Source: Terracidiphilus sp.
Lineage (GTDB): Bacteria; Acidobacteriota; Terriglobia; Terriglobales; Acidobacteriaceae
Assembly: GCA_035508375.1 (NCBI GenBank)
Contig: DATJNF010000052.1
Span: 15,144-79,143, forward strand
Direction of reading: 5' to 3'
DNA: 64,000 nt
Every line of letters begins with the position of its first letter. Positions within the stretch are counted from its first letter, which is position 1. Shown here in pieces: positions 47,745 to 57,133 of the stretch. A program made the translations under genes and the position numbers. The notes below the pieces were generated by a model. The model ran no database searches. It was not told the origin of the DNA and worked only from the letters and a program-made list of their open reading frames with translations.

Positions 47745-50267
47745 GTGGACAGATGCACCTGTAGATTGTCGAAGAAAATCGCTTTTTCAGGCATTGTTAC
47801 GCTGATTGCCCTTTCAAGCGCACACGCATTCGCGCAGGATGAGAGTCAGGCGTGGCTCAGTTACTCGGACCGCACCGCGCACACGATGTTTCCGCGTGAT
47901 ATTCGCGCGCTGGGCACGAGCCCCATCGAGCAAACTGCCGTCGAAGAACTCAAGCGCAATCTCAGCGATGCTGGCGCAGCGTCGCGCCCAGCGGTCGCGG
48001 GCGAAACCGTCCTCGGCACCGGAGCCGAGATCCGCAAAGCCTATCCCCATGTGCCGGTGCCCGCAGATATGCCGCCCGAGAGTTACTGGATGCATGCGAG
48101 CGGCTCCGGCGATCACAAGCTGCTCATAATCGCAGGTGGCGATGAACGCGGCGTTCTTTACGGAGCCTTCGCGTTGCTCCGCTCGTCGGCGGCGGGTGAG
48201 CCCGTCGACCTAAGCAAGACCCCTCTGCGCAGTGAACCCGCGATGAAGATTCGCTGGGTAGACGAGTGGGACAATGCCAATGGCACGGTGGAGCGCGGCT
48301 ACGGCGGCCGCTCGATATTTTTTGACAACGGCCATGTGCGTGAAGACCTGAGCCAGGTGAACGAATACGCGCGGCTGCTTGCGTCTATCGGCATCAATGG
48401 CTGCAATGTGAACAATGTGAACGGAGCCGCACCGTTCCTCACTCCCGGATGGCTGCAGGGCCTGAAGCGCATCGCCGACACCATGCGTCCGTGGGGGGTA
48501 CGCCTCGCCATGAGCGTCGACATCGCCAGCCCGCAGAAGATTGGCGGCCTCAAGACCTTCGATCCGCTCGATCCGGATGTAAAAGCGTGGTGGGCAAACA
48601 AGGTAAATGAGATTTATGCGCAAATCCCAGACCTAGCAGGATTCACAGTAAAGGCCGACTCAGAGGGTCAGCCGGGGCCGGCGAGCTATGGGCGCAGCCC
48701 CGCCGATGCTGCTAACGCGCTGGCCAATGCGCTCGCGCCGCATGGAGGCGTGGTGCTTTATCGCGCCTTCGTCTACAACAATCATCTCGATTACAACGAT
48801 CTCAAGGCCGATCGTGCCCGCGCGGCCTATGACATCTTTCATCCCCTCGACGGCAAGTTCGCGCCCAATGTGATCGTGCAGATCAAAGAGGGCCCCATCG
48901 ACTTTCAGGCCCTCGAGCCGGTTTCGCCGCTCTTCGCAGGCCTGCGCGAAACCAACTCAGCAATGGAGCTGCAGATCACGCAGGAATATCTGGGCCAGCA
49001 GCGGCACCTCGTTTACATCGCGCCCATGTGGAAGCGGGTCCTCGATTTCGACCTGCGCGCCGAAAACCGTTCGACGCCAGTCAAACAGATCATCGAAGGC
49101 AAGACCTTCGAGCGTCCTTTGAGTGGCATGATCGGCGTGTCCGACGTGGGACGCGATGGATGGCTGGGCGCGTCGCTGGCGATGGCAAATCTCTACGCCT
49201 TCGGCCGGTTCGCTTGGAATCCCGATCTCACTCCGGAAGCGATCGCTGCCGAGTGGACGAAGCAGACGATCAGCGCAGATCCGCAAGTGGTGGCCACCGT
49301 CGACAAAATGCTGATGCAGTCGTGGCCTGCCTACGTCGACTACACCGGCTTTCTCGGCACGCAGACGCTGACCGACATCACCGGCAGCCATTACGGACCG
49401 AACATCGAGGCGAGCGAGCGCAATGGCTGGGGCCAGTGGCATCGCGATGACGCGCAGGGAATCGGCATGGACCGAACCGTGGCTACAGGCACCGGATTCA
49501 TTGGGCAATATCCTCCCGAGGTCGCCAAGATGTATGACTCGCTCGCCACATGCCCCGAAGATCTTCTGCTGTTCTTTCATCACGTGCCGTGGAACTACAA
49601 GCTGCACTCCGGCAAGACCGTCATCCAGTACGTGTATGACAGCCACTACAAGGGCGCGCAAGAAGCCGCAGAATTAGGCGCGGAGTGGGCCACGCTGAAA
49701 GACAAGATCGATCCGGCGCTTTTTGAAGACGAGCGCGCCCGGCTCGAATACCAGGCGGGCCACGCCATCGTATGGCGCGACGCAATCGTCCAGTATTTCC
49801 TGAAAGAGAGCGGCATTCCTGATGCGCAGGGCCGCGCCGGGCATTTCCCAGGCCGAATGGAAGCCGAAGACGCACGGCTTACAGGTTACTCGGTCATCGA
49901 TGTGAACCCTTGGGAGGATGCTTCGCGGGGAAAAGCCGTAAGCTGCGCGGAAAAATCCTGCTCGGCCGAATGGACCTACAACGGCCAACCGGGCCGCTAC
50001 GATATCGCGGTACAGTATTTCGATCTGCAAGGCGGCACGGCACACTTCACGCTCGGCATCAATGGCAACGGGATCGTCTCATGGGCCGCCGACGCGACGC
50101 TTCCTTCGCGCCGCCCGCATGGAGACAACTCCACCCGTTATACGATGCGCGGCGTAGAGCTCAAGCCCGGCGATGTGCTGCGGGTCGAGGGCGTGCCGGA
50201 TGGCGGCGACCCCGCGGCATTGGATTACATCGAGATCGAGCCTGCGACAACTGCGCCGCAATCCTGA
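47745..50267 (+). CDS. aguA: Alpha-glucuronidase (GH67), secreted, with a C-terminal CBM-like domain; start approximate
   Basis: Motifs WDN.NG.VERGYGG, VKADSEGQPGP, YRAFVY, GPIDFQ and ELQITQEYLGQ. Confidence 0.9.
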   Translation: MDRCTCRLSKKIAFSGIVTLIALSSAHAFAQDESQAWLSYSDRTAHTMFPRDIRALGTSPIEQTAVEELKRNLSDAGAASRPAVAGETVLGTGAEIRKAYPHVPVPADMPPESYWMHASGSGDHKLLIIAGGDERGVLYGAFALLRSSAAGEPVDLSKTPLRSEPAMKIRWVDEWDNANGTVERGYGGRSIFFDNGHVREDLSQVNEYARLLASIGINGCNVNNVNGAAPFLTPGWLQGLKRIADTMRPWGVRLAMSVDIASPQKIGGLKTFDPLDPDVKAWWANKVNEIYAQIPDLAGFTVKADSEGQPGPASYGRSPADAANALANALAPHGGVVLYRAFVYNNHLDYNDLKADRARAAYDIFHPLDGKFAPNVIVQIKEGPIDFQALEPVSPLFAGLRETNSAMELQITQEYLGQQRHLVYIAPMWKRVLDFDLRAENRSTPVKQIIEGKTFERPLSGMIGVSDVGRDGWLGASLAMANLYAFGRFAWNPDLTPEAIAAEWTKQTISADPQVVATVDKMLMQSWPAYVDYTGFLGTQTLTDITGSHYGPNIEASERNGWGQWHRDDAQGIGMDRTVATGTGFIGQYPPEVAKMYDSLATCPEDLLLFFHHVPWNYKLHSGKTVIQYVYDSHYKGAQEAAELGAEWATLKDKIDPALFEDERARLEYQAGHAIVWRDAIVQYFLKESGIPDAQGRAGHFPGRMEAEDARLTGYSVIDVNPWEDASRGKAVSCAEKSCSAEWTYNGQPGRYDIAVQYFDLQGGTAHFTLGINGNGIVSWAADATLPSRRPHGDNSTRYTMRGVELKPGDVLRVEGVPDGGDPAALDYIEIEPATTAPQS

Positions 50268-50423
50268 TTAGTTCACAAAAGAAGCTAAGTTCCGTCTAAC
50301 TTCTCAAGTTATCGAAGAAACTTCGAGCGAAAGCCCGACGCGGGCGTCAGTGTGTTCAGAAGAAGCCACCGCAAACCGGGAGCTGTCTGGCTCTCTTCCC
50401 AATTTCATTCCGAGAGGCGAGAT

Positions 50424-51206
50424 ATGAAGGGAAATCCTGTCCGCGCGGGCAGATGGATGTTAACCTCTGCCTGGATGTTGATTACTGTTTTGCTCACGCT
50501 CGTGGGCTATGCGCATGACGCACGCGCACAGCAAGCCGGCACCAAACCAGCCGAGCAGAATCCCGACTTGGGCAGTTACCAGACCATTTATCTGCCCAAC
50601 GTGACCGAGCGAAGCGAAGGCTACGATATCGTGACCGACCTTCGGAACATCTTGCCGAAATCGAAGATCTATTACGTAGAGTCGGAGAAAGCGATCTCCA
50701 TGCGCGGCACGCCGGAAGATATTGATCTCGCGCAGAAGATGGTCTCTGAGCTCGACAAACCCCGGCAGGCCTATCGTCTCACCTACACCTTTGCCGAGAT
50801 AGAGAACGGAAAGCGCGTTGGAGCGCAGAGCTTTGCACTCGTTGCGGTGGTTTCAGAAGGGAAGACGATTCTGAAGCAGGGCACTAAAGTGCCCATCATT
50901 ACGGGAACGACGGATAAAGGTACATCGGCACAGAGTTCTCAGGTGCAGTACCTGGACGTGGGATTGAATATCGAGGCTTCTCTTGAGGCCTGTGCGGAGG
51001 GCGTAAGACTACGCACCAAGGTCGATCAGTCGAGCATCACTGACGAGCGATCCGGCATCTCCGCGGCGGACCCGGCAATTCGCCAGACGGTTCTCGAAGC
51101 GACATCGGATCTGCAACCGGGGAAGCCGGTGGTTCTGGGCTCACTGGACATGCCGGGCAGTACACGCCGTCAGGAGGTGGAGGTCGTTTCAGAGCTGCTC
51201 CGCTGA
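50424..51206 (+). CDS. Short secretin-like exported protein
   Basis: Signal peptide, N-domain-like ISMRGTPEDIDLAQKMVSELD, and GTKVPI..QVQYLDVGLNI. Confidence 0.6.
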   Translation: MKGNPVRAGRWMLTSAWMLITVLLTLVGYAHDARAQQAGTKPAEQNPDLGSYQTIYLPNVTERSEGYDIVTDLRNILPKSKIYYVESEKAISMRGTPEDIDLAQKMVSELDKPRQAYRLTYTFAEIENGKRVGAQSFALVAVVSEGKTILKQGTKVPIITGTTDKGTSAQSSQVQYLDVGLNIEASLEACAEGVRLRTKVDQSSITDERSGISAADPAIRQTVLEATSDLQPGKPVVLGSLDMPGSTRRQEVEVVSELLR

Positions 51207-51247
51207 TCGTGCTGGCCAACTTGCTGTGGGCAGCACAAGCGCGACCG

Positions 51248-53407
51248 TTAAGCCTTCGCCACTTCCACCAGCGCTGAGTAAAAGGTCGCGCCGGCGCCGA
51301 TATCCGTGAGACGCTCGCTCGTCAGCACATTCACATTGACGCCGTCCGGCTGCAGCTTGGCCCAGTCGAGACGCGCCGCCACTACGCCGGTTGGCAAATT
51401 CGGATTAAGCAGCGCGGTCAGCTTCAGCGATCCGCGATCATTGAAGACGCGCACTGCATCGCCTTCGCCAATCGCACGGGAGGCCGCATCGTCCGGATGC
51501 ATTTCAAGTCGCTGGCTGGTCTTCGCCTCCATCCGGCGGTGGCCTTCGAGATTTGCGAAGGTCGAATTCATGTAGTTGTCGTTCTTGCGGCCAAGCAGCT
51601 CGAGCGGAAAGCGCTCCGCGCCTTTACTCCATCTGGACTCGACCGGAGGTACAAAGCCCGGAAGCGGATCCTCGCCGGCAGCGGCGAGAGTCTCCGAGTA
51701 GAACTCGATCTTTCCGCTCGGCGTCGCGAGCGGGCCGGAAGTGTAGGGCTGAAAAGGATGCTCTTCGGGGTCGCGATGAAATGCGAGCGGAACGTGACCT
51801 TTCTCCTTCAGCTCATCGAGCGTGATGTGCTCCATGTTCGCGTTGGTCGAGTGGCCGTCAGCGCCAATTGCCAGCGCCTGTCGGATGATCTCCTCCGGTG
51901 TGTCCCGGAAACACGGCTCCGCAAATCCCATGCGCTGCGCAAGCTGGCCGAAGAGCCACACGTTGGAGCGCGCTTCGCCGGGCGCCTCAATCGCCTGCTG
52001 CGAGAGCTGCACGAAATAGTGGCCGTAGGCGCCCTGCACTTCAGTCTGTTCGAGAAACGTCGTCGCGGGCAGAATAAAGTCCGCGTAGTCGGTGGTGTCG
52101 TTGAAGAACAGATCGTGCACTACGGTGAAGAGATCGGTCCGTGCCAAACCACGGCGCACCGCGTTCTGGTTCGGAGCAACCGCACCGGGATTCGAGTTAT
52201 AGACAAAGAGCGCATGAACCGGCGGCTGACTGTTTTCTGATCCCTGTTCTTGCCCCAGCTCGGTCAGCGCATGGCCCAGTGTGCACATGTTCACCAGCCG
52301 CGCCTCGCGGCCCAGCGGCGAAGCCTTTGCGAGATCCGGCCGGCGCGTTGCAGTCTCATCCCACTCGAATGCGCCCGACGTGGAAAGCTGGCCTCCGCCG
52401 CCGCGATGCTTCCATGCGCCGGTTAGCGCAGGCAGCATGGCGATGGCGCGCGCCGCCGCGCCGCCATTTTCGCAGCGCTGCACGCCGTAGTTCATGCGCA
52501 GCGCTGCAGGCCGCGTCGTCGCATATTCTCGCGCAAGCTGCTCAATCTGTGCCGGCGTCATGCCGGTGTAGTGCGAGACGCAACCCGGCGTATACTCGCG
52601 CGCGCGTTCAGTCAACTGGTCGATGCCATGCGTGAACTCGGCAATATAGGCGGGGTCTTCCAGGCCTTCGTTGAGAATCACGTGCATCATGCCCAAGGCC
52701 AGCGCCACATCCGTACCGGGACGTATCGCGATATGCCAGTCAGCCAGTGCGGCCGTTCGCGTACGATATGGATCGATGACGATCAGCCGCGCGCCATTGC
52801 GCCGGGCCTGATCGATCATCGGCCACAGATGAACGCTGTTTCCATGAATGTTCGCGCCCCACGCAATGACGAGCTTGGCGAGGCGAAAGTCTTCTGTCGG
52901 CGTGCCCAGCTTTTTGCCGTAGACGAGCTTCCACGCCTGCCCACCAGCTTCAGAGCAGATTGTGCGGTCGAGCTGGCTCGCGCCCAGTCGATGAAAGAAG
53001 CGGCGATCCATTGAACCATAACCGAGCACGCCGATGGTGCCAGCGTAGCTGTAGGGCAAGATCGACTCAGAGCCATGCTCATCGCTGATCTGCTGCAGGC
53101 GCTCCGCAATCGCATCCAGAGCCTCGTCCCACGTGATGCGCTCAAAGCTTTCGTGCTCGCGTCCGCGCGGCAATGGTCCCTTCGCCACGCTGGCTTTGCG
53201 GCGCAGCGGATACAGAATCCGCTCAGGCGAGTACACGCGGTCGAGATACTTGGCCACTTTGCCGCAAAGAAAGCCCTGCGTTACCGGATGCTTCGGGTCG
53301 CCCTGCACCTTCACGGCACGACCTTCCTTATTCACCGTCACCAGCACGCCGCAGGAATCCGGGCAGTCGTGCGAGCAAACCGTATGAACAATGCGAAAGG
53401 CGCTCAT
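51248..53407 (-). CDS. Molybdopterin-dependent oxidoreductase with 4Fe-4S site
   Basis: CSHDCPDSC...LCGK, ADFILPATTFLE and C-terminal MHPDDA..R.I..GD.VRVFNDRG. Confidence 0.9.
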   Translation of the reverse strand: MSAFRIVHTVCSHDCPDSCGVLVTVNKEGRAVKVQGDPKHPVTQGFLCGKVAKYLDRVYSPERILYPLRRKASVAKGPLPRGREHESFERITWDEALDAIAERLQQISDEHGSESILPYSYAGTIGVLGYGSMDRRFFHRLGASQLDRTICSEAGGQAWKLVYGKKLGTPTEDFRLAKLVIAWGANIHGNSVHLWPMIDQARRNGARLIVIDPYRTRTAALADWHIAIRPGTDVALALGMMHVILNEGLEDPAYIAEFTHGIDQLTERAREYTPGCVSHYTGMTPAQIEQLAREYATTRPAALRMNYGVQRCENGGAAARAIAMLPALTGAWKHRGGGGQLSTSGAFEWDETATRRPDLAKASPLGREARLVNMCTLGHALTELGQEQGSENSQPPVHALFVYNSNPGAVAPNQNAVRRGLARTDLFTVVHDLFFNDTTDYADFILPATTFLEQTEVQGAYGHYFVQLSQQAIEAPGEARSNVWLFGQLAQRMGFAEPCFRDTPEEIIRQALAIGADGHSTNANMEHITLDELKEKGHVPLAFHRDPEEHPFQPYTSGPLATPSGKIEFYSETLAAAGEDPLPGFVPPVESRWSKGAERFPLELLGRKNDNYMNSTFANLEGHRRMEAKTSQRLEMHPDDAASRAIGEGDAVRVFNDRGSLKLTALLNPNLPTGVVAARLDWAKLQPDGVNVNVLTSERLTDIGAGATFYSALVEVAKA

Positions 53408-53441
53408 AGCGTTATTGTAAGCTGAACGCGAGGTGCCATAT

Positions 53442-53909
53442 ATGCGGCGTTTTCTATGGATTTTCCTGTTGTTGGCCTGCGTTCTTCGCGGACAGTTGGC
53501 TTCTGCTCAAGGTGTGCAGAGCGCAGATGAAACGTCCATTCGCGCGGCAATCACTGCGCAGGCCGCCGCGTGGAACCGTGCAGACATTCCGGCCTTCATG
53601 CAGGCCTATGAGAACTCGCCGGAGACCACGTTCATCGGCAGCACGGTTCGCAAGGGTTATGAGCCCATTCTGCAGCGTTATCGCTCGGCATACGCAAATT
53701 CAGCGCAGATGGGCACGCTCAGCTTTTCGAATATAGACGTGCGGTTACTTCCGGCTCGGTGCGGTGCGGCAGAATATGCCATTGTCACCGGCAACTTTCA
53801 TCTTGAGCGCACACAAAAAGGCAGCGCGACCAAGGACGACGGCATCTTTTCTCTGGTGTGGCGCAAAGGCCCGCAGGGATGGAAGATTGTGCTCGATCAC
53901 ACGAGCTAA
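53442..53909 (+). CDS. Secreted NTF2-like (DUF4440/YybH-type) protein
   Basis: Motifs QAAAWNRAD..FM..Y and GWKIVLDHTS. Confidence 0.8.
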   Translation: MRRFLWIFLLLACVLRGQLASAQGVQSADETSIRAAITAQAAAWNRADIPAFMQAYENSPETTFIGSTVRKGYEPILQRYRSAYANSAQMGTLSFSNIDVRLLPARCGAAEYAIVTGNFHLERTQKGSATKDDGIFSLVWRKGPQGWKIVLDHTS

Positions 53910-53957
53910 CCCGAGTTAACTGCCGAAGCCTGATCTGTCCTGTAGACTGGTTGCGTT

Positions 53958-54296
53958 ATGAGCTGCATCTTCTGCAAGATCGTCTCCGGCGAGATTCCCT
54001 CCACGGCCATCTACCAGGACAGTTCCGCTTACGCATTTGCCGACATCACACCCAAGGCGCCGGTGCACATCCTCATTGTGCCGCGTGAGCACATCGTGTC
54101 ACTGAGTCAAGCGAGCGAAGATCAACGCGATTTGCTGGGTCACCTGATGTGGACCGCTGCGGAGATCGCGCGCAGCCAGGGACTCGCAAAGGGTTATCGG
54201 GTTGTGGTGAATGCGGGTGAAGATGGCGGGCAGACGGTTGGACATCTGCACATGCACCTGATGGGCGGGCGCCCCATGACCTGGCCGCCGGGATGA
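53958..54296 (+). CDS. Histidine triad nucleotide-binding (HIT/Hint) protein
   Basis: CIFCKI, DITPKAPVH and GQTV.HLHMHL. Confidence 0.93.
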   Translation: MSCIFCKIVSGEIPSTAIYQDSSAYAFADITPKAPVHILIVPREHIVSLSQASEDQRDLLGHLMWTAAEIARSQGLAKGYRVVVNAGEDGGQTVGHLHMHLMGGRPMTWPPG

Positions 54297-54300
54297 GAGA

Positions 54301-54372
54301 GACAGCGGACAGTAGTCAGATTACAGTGGACAGTGACTTGCGTGCTGATCACTGTCCACTGATCACTGTTCC
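54301..54372. repeat. Inverted heptamer arrays forming a hairpin between convergent genes
   Basis: Five gacagtg-like units, then four ctgatca/ctgtcca-like units; 13-bp stem 54324-54336 with 54349-54361. Confidence 0.65.
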
Positions 54373-55257
54373 CTAAACTGGTTGTTGCGCGTACTCTTCT
54401 TCCTCTTCCACACCGTAACGGCGAAGCAAATTCGGCAGGCTCTGCGAGAACGCGGAGCGCGGCATCACCACGTCGCATCCCGCTTCCACGCCCTTCAACT
54501 TCAGGTCGCCCTGCACGTGGCTCAGGAAGCCGATGATCGACACCGCCTTCTTGAACTTGGAGCGGAATTTCGGAATCAGTGTCATCGGCTTGGCGTTCAC
54601 GTTATTCAGATCGAAGACCAGCAGCGAGGGACGCTGGTTCTCGGGCGCTTCGAAGATCCGCGTGACGGCATCCTTGTCGCCTTTGACGAATTCCACCTTC
54701 ACGCCGAGCTTGCGCGCCGTCTCCTGAATCTTCGCGAGGAAGAAGAGGTCCTCAATGAAGCAGAAGATGCGCGTGGGCGCATCCTGGCGGACAGGCGCAG
54801 CGGCCTGGGGCGCGTAGGCATCGGCATAGTAGCCGGCATGATTGCTGCCGCCAATCTGGATGGTCGACGGCGGCCCGTCCGCCACGTTGCCGTTCGCGGC
54901 ACGATAGCTGTGATCCATCGGACCGACGAATTCGCGCGGTCCCTTCTGCTTGCCCTTGCGCTTGCCCTGATGTCCGCCGATGCTGTTGCCGGGCGAGGAT
55001 GGAGGCATGCCGTTTTTCTGGAAGAATTTCTTCTTCTTGCGGCCCTGCCCGGGGTGGGCAGGCTTCTGGTGCGCGGGTTGCGGAGCCTGCATCTGGGGCT
55101 GCTGGCTCTGCGGCGCCTGATGATTCTGCGGCGCGCCCTGCTGGTTGGATTTATTCTTGCGGCGGCGCCTGCGGCGCCGATGTCCTTGCGACTGCACCTG
55201 ACCGTTGTCAGGTGCGGGCCCCAGCTCCGGCTGGGGCTGCGTCGATTCTGTGGTCAT
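54373..55257 (-). CDS. Atypical receiver-domain protein with long disordered Gln/Arg/Lys-rich N-terminus
   Basis: HRRRRRRRKNK and GRKKKKF in the N-terminus; C-terminal FIEDLFF..LLVFDL..GFLSH..AGCDVVMPR. Confidence 0.8.
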   Translation of the reverse strand: MTTESTQPQPELGPAPDNGQVQSQGHRRRRRRRKNKSNQQGAPQNHQAPQSQQPQMQAPQPAHQKPAHPGQGRKKKKFFQKNGMPPSSPGNSIGGHQGKRKGKQKGPREFVGPMDHSYRAANGNVADGPPSTIQIGGSNHAGYYADAYAPQAAAPVRQDAPTRIFCFIEDLFFLAKIQETARKLGVKVEFVKGDKDAVTRIFEAPENQRPSLLVFDLNNVNAKPMTLIPKFRSKFKKAVSIIGFLSHVQGDLKLKGVEAGCDVVMPRSAFSQSLPNLLRRYGVEEEEEYAQQPV

Positions 55258-55805
55258 GCGTGTACTTCCTGGTGCTTTGCAATATAGTGCAACAAACTGG
55301 GGCTCAGTTGCGCCTATTCCGCGCCGAGCTCTCTAACCTCTTTGAGGAATCCTGCCAGCCTCCGCCGATTGCCGCCCGGCCCTAACCTGTGCCCACGCTG
55401 GAATTTTCGAACTCTCGCCGCGAGAAGGTCCATCGCACGCCAAAAGTCGTATCTGCATCCAGATTGGCTGCGGTGTAGTTCAATTCAGGCCGCTGGACTC
55501 TGCTCGTACAGCAAACTTTTCCACCGGGACACAACCGGAGTAGCTTCTTTGGCCCGGCGCTTCCACAAATCTCTCGAAAATTCCTCTGCCGCGTCCTACA
55601 CAGGGACTGTGGCCGAACCTCGCTGATGGCCCGGATCGTTGCGGCGGCCGGTATTTTTCGCAGGCGATGCCCTTCCTCTGTGAGCCTTTTGCCCCGCGCA
55701 GCCAGACAAGGAATGCGCTGTTTGTCGGGAGTTTTGCCGGCTCGGCGGCGAGCTTGCTCTCCCCATTCAGGGTGGCCCGCGTCAGCCGCTTGATAGGCAA
55801 CTTTG

Positions 55806-55834
55806 ATAGTACAGCGAAGGCGGGCGGCTGGCAA
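55806..55834 (-). promoter_or_regulatory. Sigma70-type promoter about 540 nt upstream of the receiver-domain gene
   Basis: Minus strand TTGCCA-N17-TACTAT. Confidence 0.65.
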
Positions 55835-55911
55835 GGGGAAGCTGTAAATCAAAAAAGATCAAAAGTCACGTCGCAAAGGACTGCAACCTTTTTCTTTTTG
55901 GATGCGCCTGT

Positions 55912-55945
55912 AAAACGAAACGCCACCGCTGAGGGTGGCGTTTCG
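55912..55945 (-). terminator. Intrinsic terminator (minus strand)
   Basis: 12-bp stem CGAAACGCCACC/GGTGGCGTTTCG followed by TTTT on the minus strand. Confidence 0.8.
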
Positions 55946-56127
55946 CGATCCTGCAGCGGTCACTGGCCTCCCGAGCAGGACTGGCCGGTGGTTGATCCAC
56001 CGCACCGTGTACAGGCTTGCCCGGCTTGGCCTTCCCGTTTGCGGGCCGCTCATTGGCGGTGGCTCCAGCCGGATGCCTGCTGCGCTTCAAGCTGCTTGGA
56101 TGCCCAGCAGCCACAACATCACTGGCA
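55912..56127 (-). ncRNA. Candidate sigma54-dependent small RNA (about 215 nt)
   Basis: Bounded by a -24/-12 promoter and a terminator; several short hairpins; no convincing ORF ends before the terminator. Confidence 0.45.
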
Positions 56128-56137
56128 CCTTTGATAT

Positions 56138-56183
56138 TGCAATCAACATGCCGTTCCACAGTTTGTTTATTTTCAATGACTTA
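56138..56183 (-). promoter_or_regulatory. Sigma54 (-24/-12) promoter with upstream IHF-like site
   Basis: Minus strand CGGCATGTTGATTGCA (GG-N10-GC, 56153-56138); TTTCAATGACTTA at 56171-56183 is one mismatch from WATCAANNNNTTR. Confidence 0.6.
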
Positions 56184-56284
56184 TCTGGAGATTTGCCCAC
56201 TGTAAGTCTGGATTTCGGGAGACCAAAAAGGCGAAAACTTCAAAAAACCATAGCGAACAGATATCGGGCCGTTCGGATAGCCGA

Positions 56285-57133
56285 TCAATGCTGGCACTGT
56301 GGGCAAAAATGTGTTCCCCGACCGGCCAGAACAATGCGCCGGATCGGCGTTTTACACCGACGGCAGGGTTCGCCGGTCCGCAGGTATACGCAGTGTTCGA
56401 GCTGGAAGAACCCACGCACACCGTCGGCATCCACATAATCGGAAACCGACGACCCGCCCAGTCGGATCGCGTGATGGAGAACCTCGCGCAGGGCCAGGCG
56501 CAGCCTTTCAAGCTCCGCTCGCGTGAGTCGTCCGGCGGCCCGCCGGGGTCGGAGACCGGCATGAAACAGGCTCTCATCTGCGTAGATATTGCCCACCCCG
56601 GCCAAAAGCGTCTGGTTCAACAGCGCCGCCTTTATCGCCAATCGCCGGCCTCGAAACAGCGCCGCAAACTGTTCCGCGCTGATAGTGAGCGGGTCCTCGC
56701 CGGGCGCTCCAAATGACGAATGACGCTTGAGATCGCGGAACTCCAACCGACCGAAGCGCCGGGGATCGACGAAGCGCAACTCCCGCCCGCTGGCCAAGCT
56801 GAGACGTGCATGGGTGTGCGGGTCAACCTGCGCCTCAGGCTTGGTCACCAGCAAACGGCCGCTCATGCCAAGGTGAACGATCCATTGCGCTTCGGGCTGC
56901 CCGCCGCGATCTCGTCGTCCCTCGCTGTCCGGTGCGCCCAGCTCGCAGACGATGTGTTTTCCGGTACGGTGTACCGCCAGAACCCGTCGTCCAGCCAGAC
57001 CCTTGGCCTGACGCCTGGCGGGAGTCTTGAACGGCTCGGCGTATCCGCTGAACCAGGCCTGCACAATGCGGTCCCCTTGCACCCGTTCGTGGACACCGCG
57101 GGCAATCGTCTCCACCTCGGGCAGTTCAGGCAT
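56285..57133 (-). CDS. mutM: Formamidopyrimidine-DNA glycosylase
   Basis: MPELPEVET, HLGMSG, DPRRFG, GVGNIYADE and C-terminal C4 zinc finger. Confidence 0.95.
   Translation of the reverse strand: MPELPEVETIARGVHERVQGDRIVQAWFSGYAEPFKTPARRQAKGLAGRRVLAVHRTGKHIVCELGAPDSEGRRDRGGQPEAQWIVHLGMSGRLLVTKPEAQVDPHTHARLSLASGRELRFVDPRRFGRLEFRDLKRHSSFGAPGEDPLTISAEQFAALFRGRRLAIKAALLNQTLLAGVGNIYADESLFHAGLRPRRAAGRLTRAELERLRLALREVLHHAIRLGGSSVSDYVDADGVRGFFQLEHCVYLRTGEPCRRCKTPIRRIVLAGRGTHFCPQCQH

Noticed and set aside
54301-54372. Short repeats as a possible CRISPR array
   Set aside because: The units are 7 nt with no spacers, and there are no cas genes in the window.
55258-56280. Possible RNase P RNA, tmRNA or SRP RNA in the 1-kb gap
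   Set aside because: I could not find the hallmark sequences (GAGGAAAGTCC, tRNA-like ends, SRP core) on either strand.
55382-56438. ORFs of 62-167 aa across the mutM-receiver gap
   Set aside because: No SD or motifs, mutually overlapping, and several cross the terminator or promoter elements.
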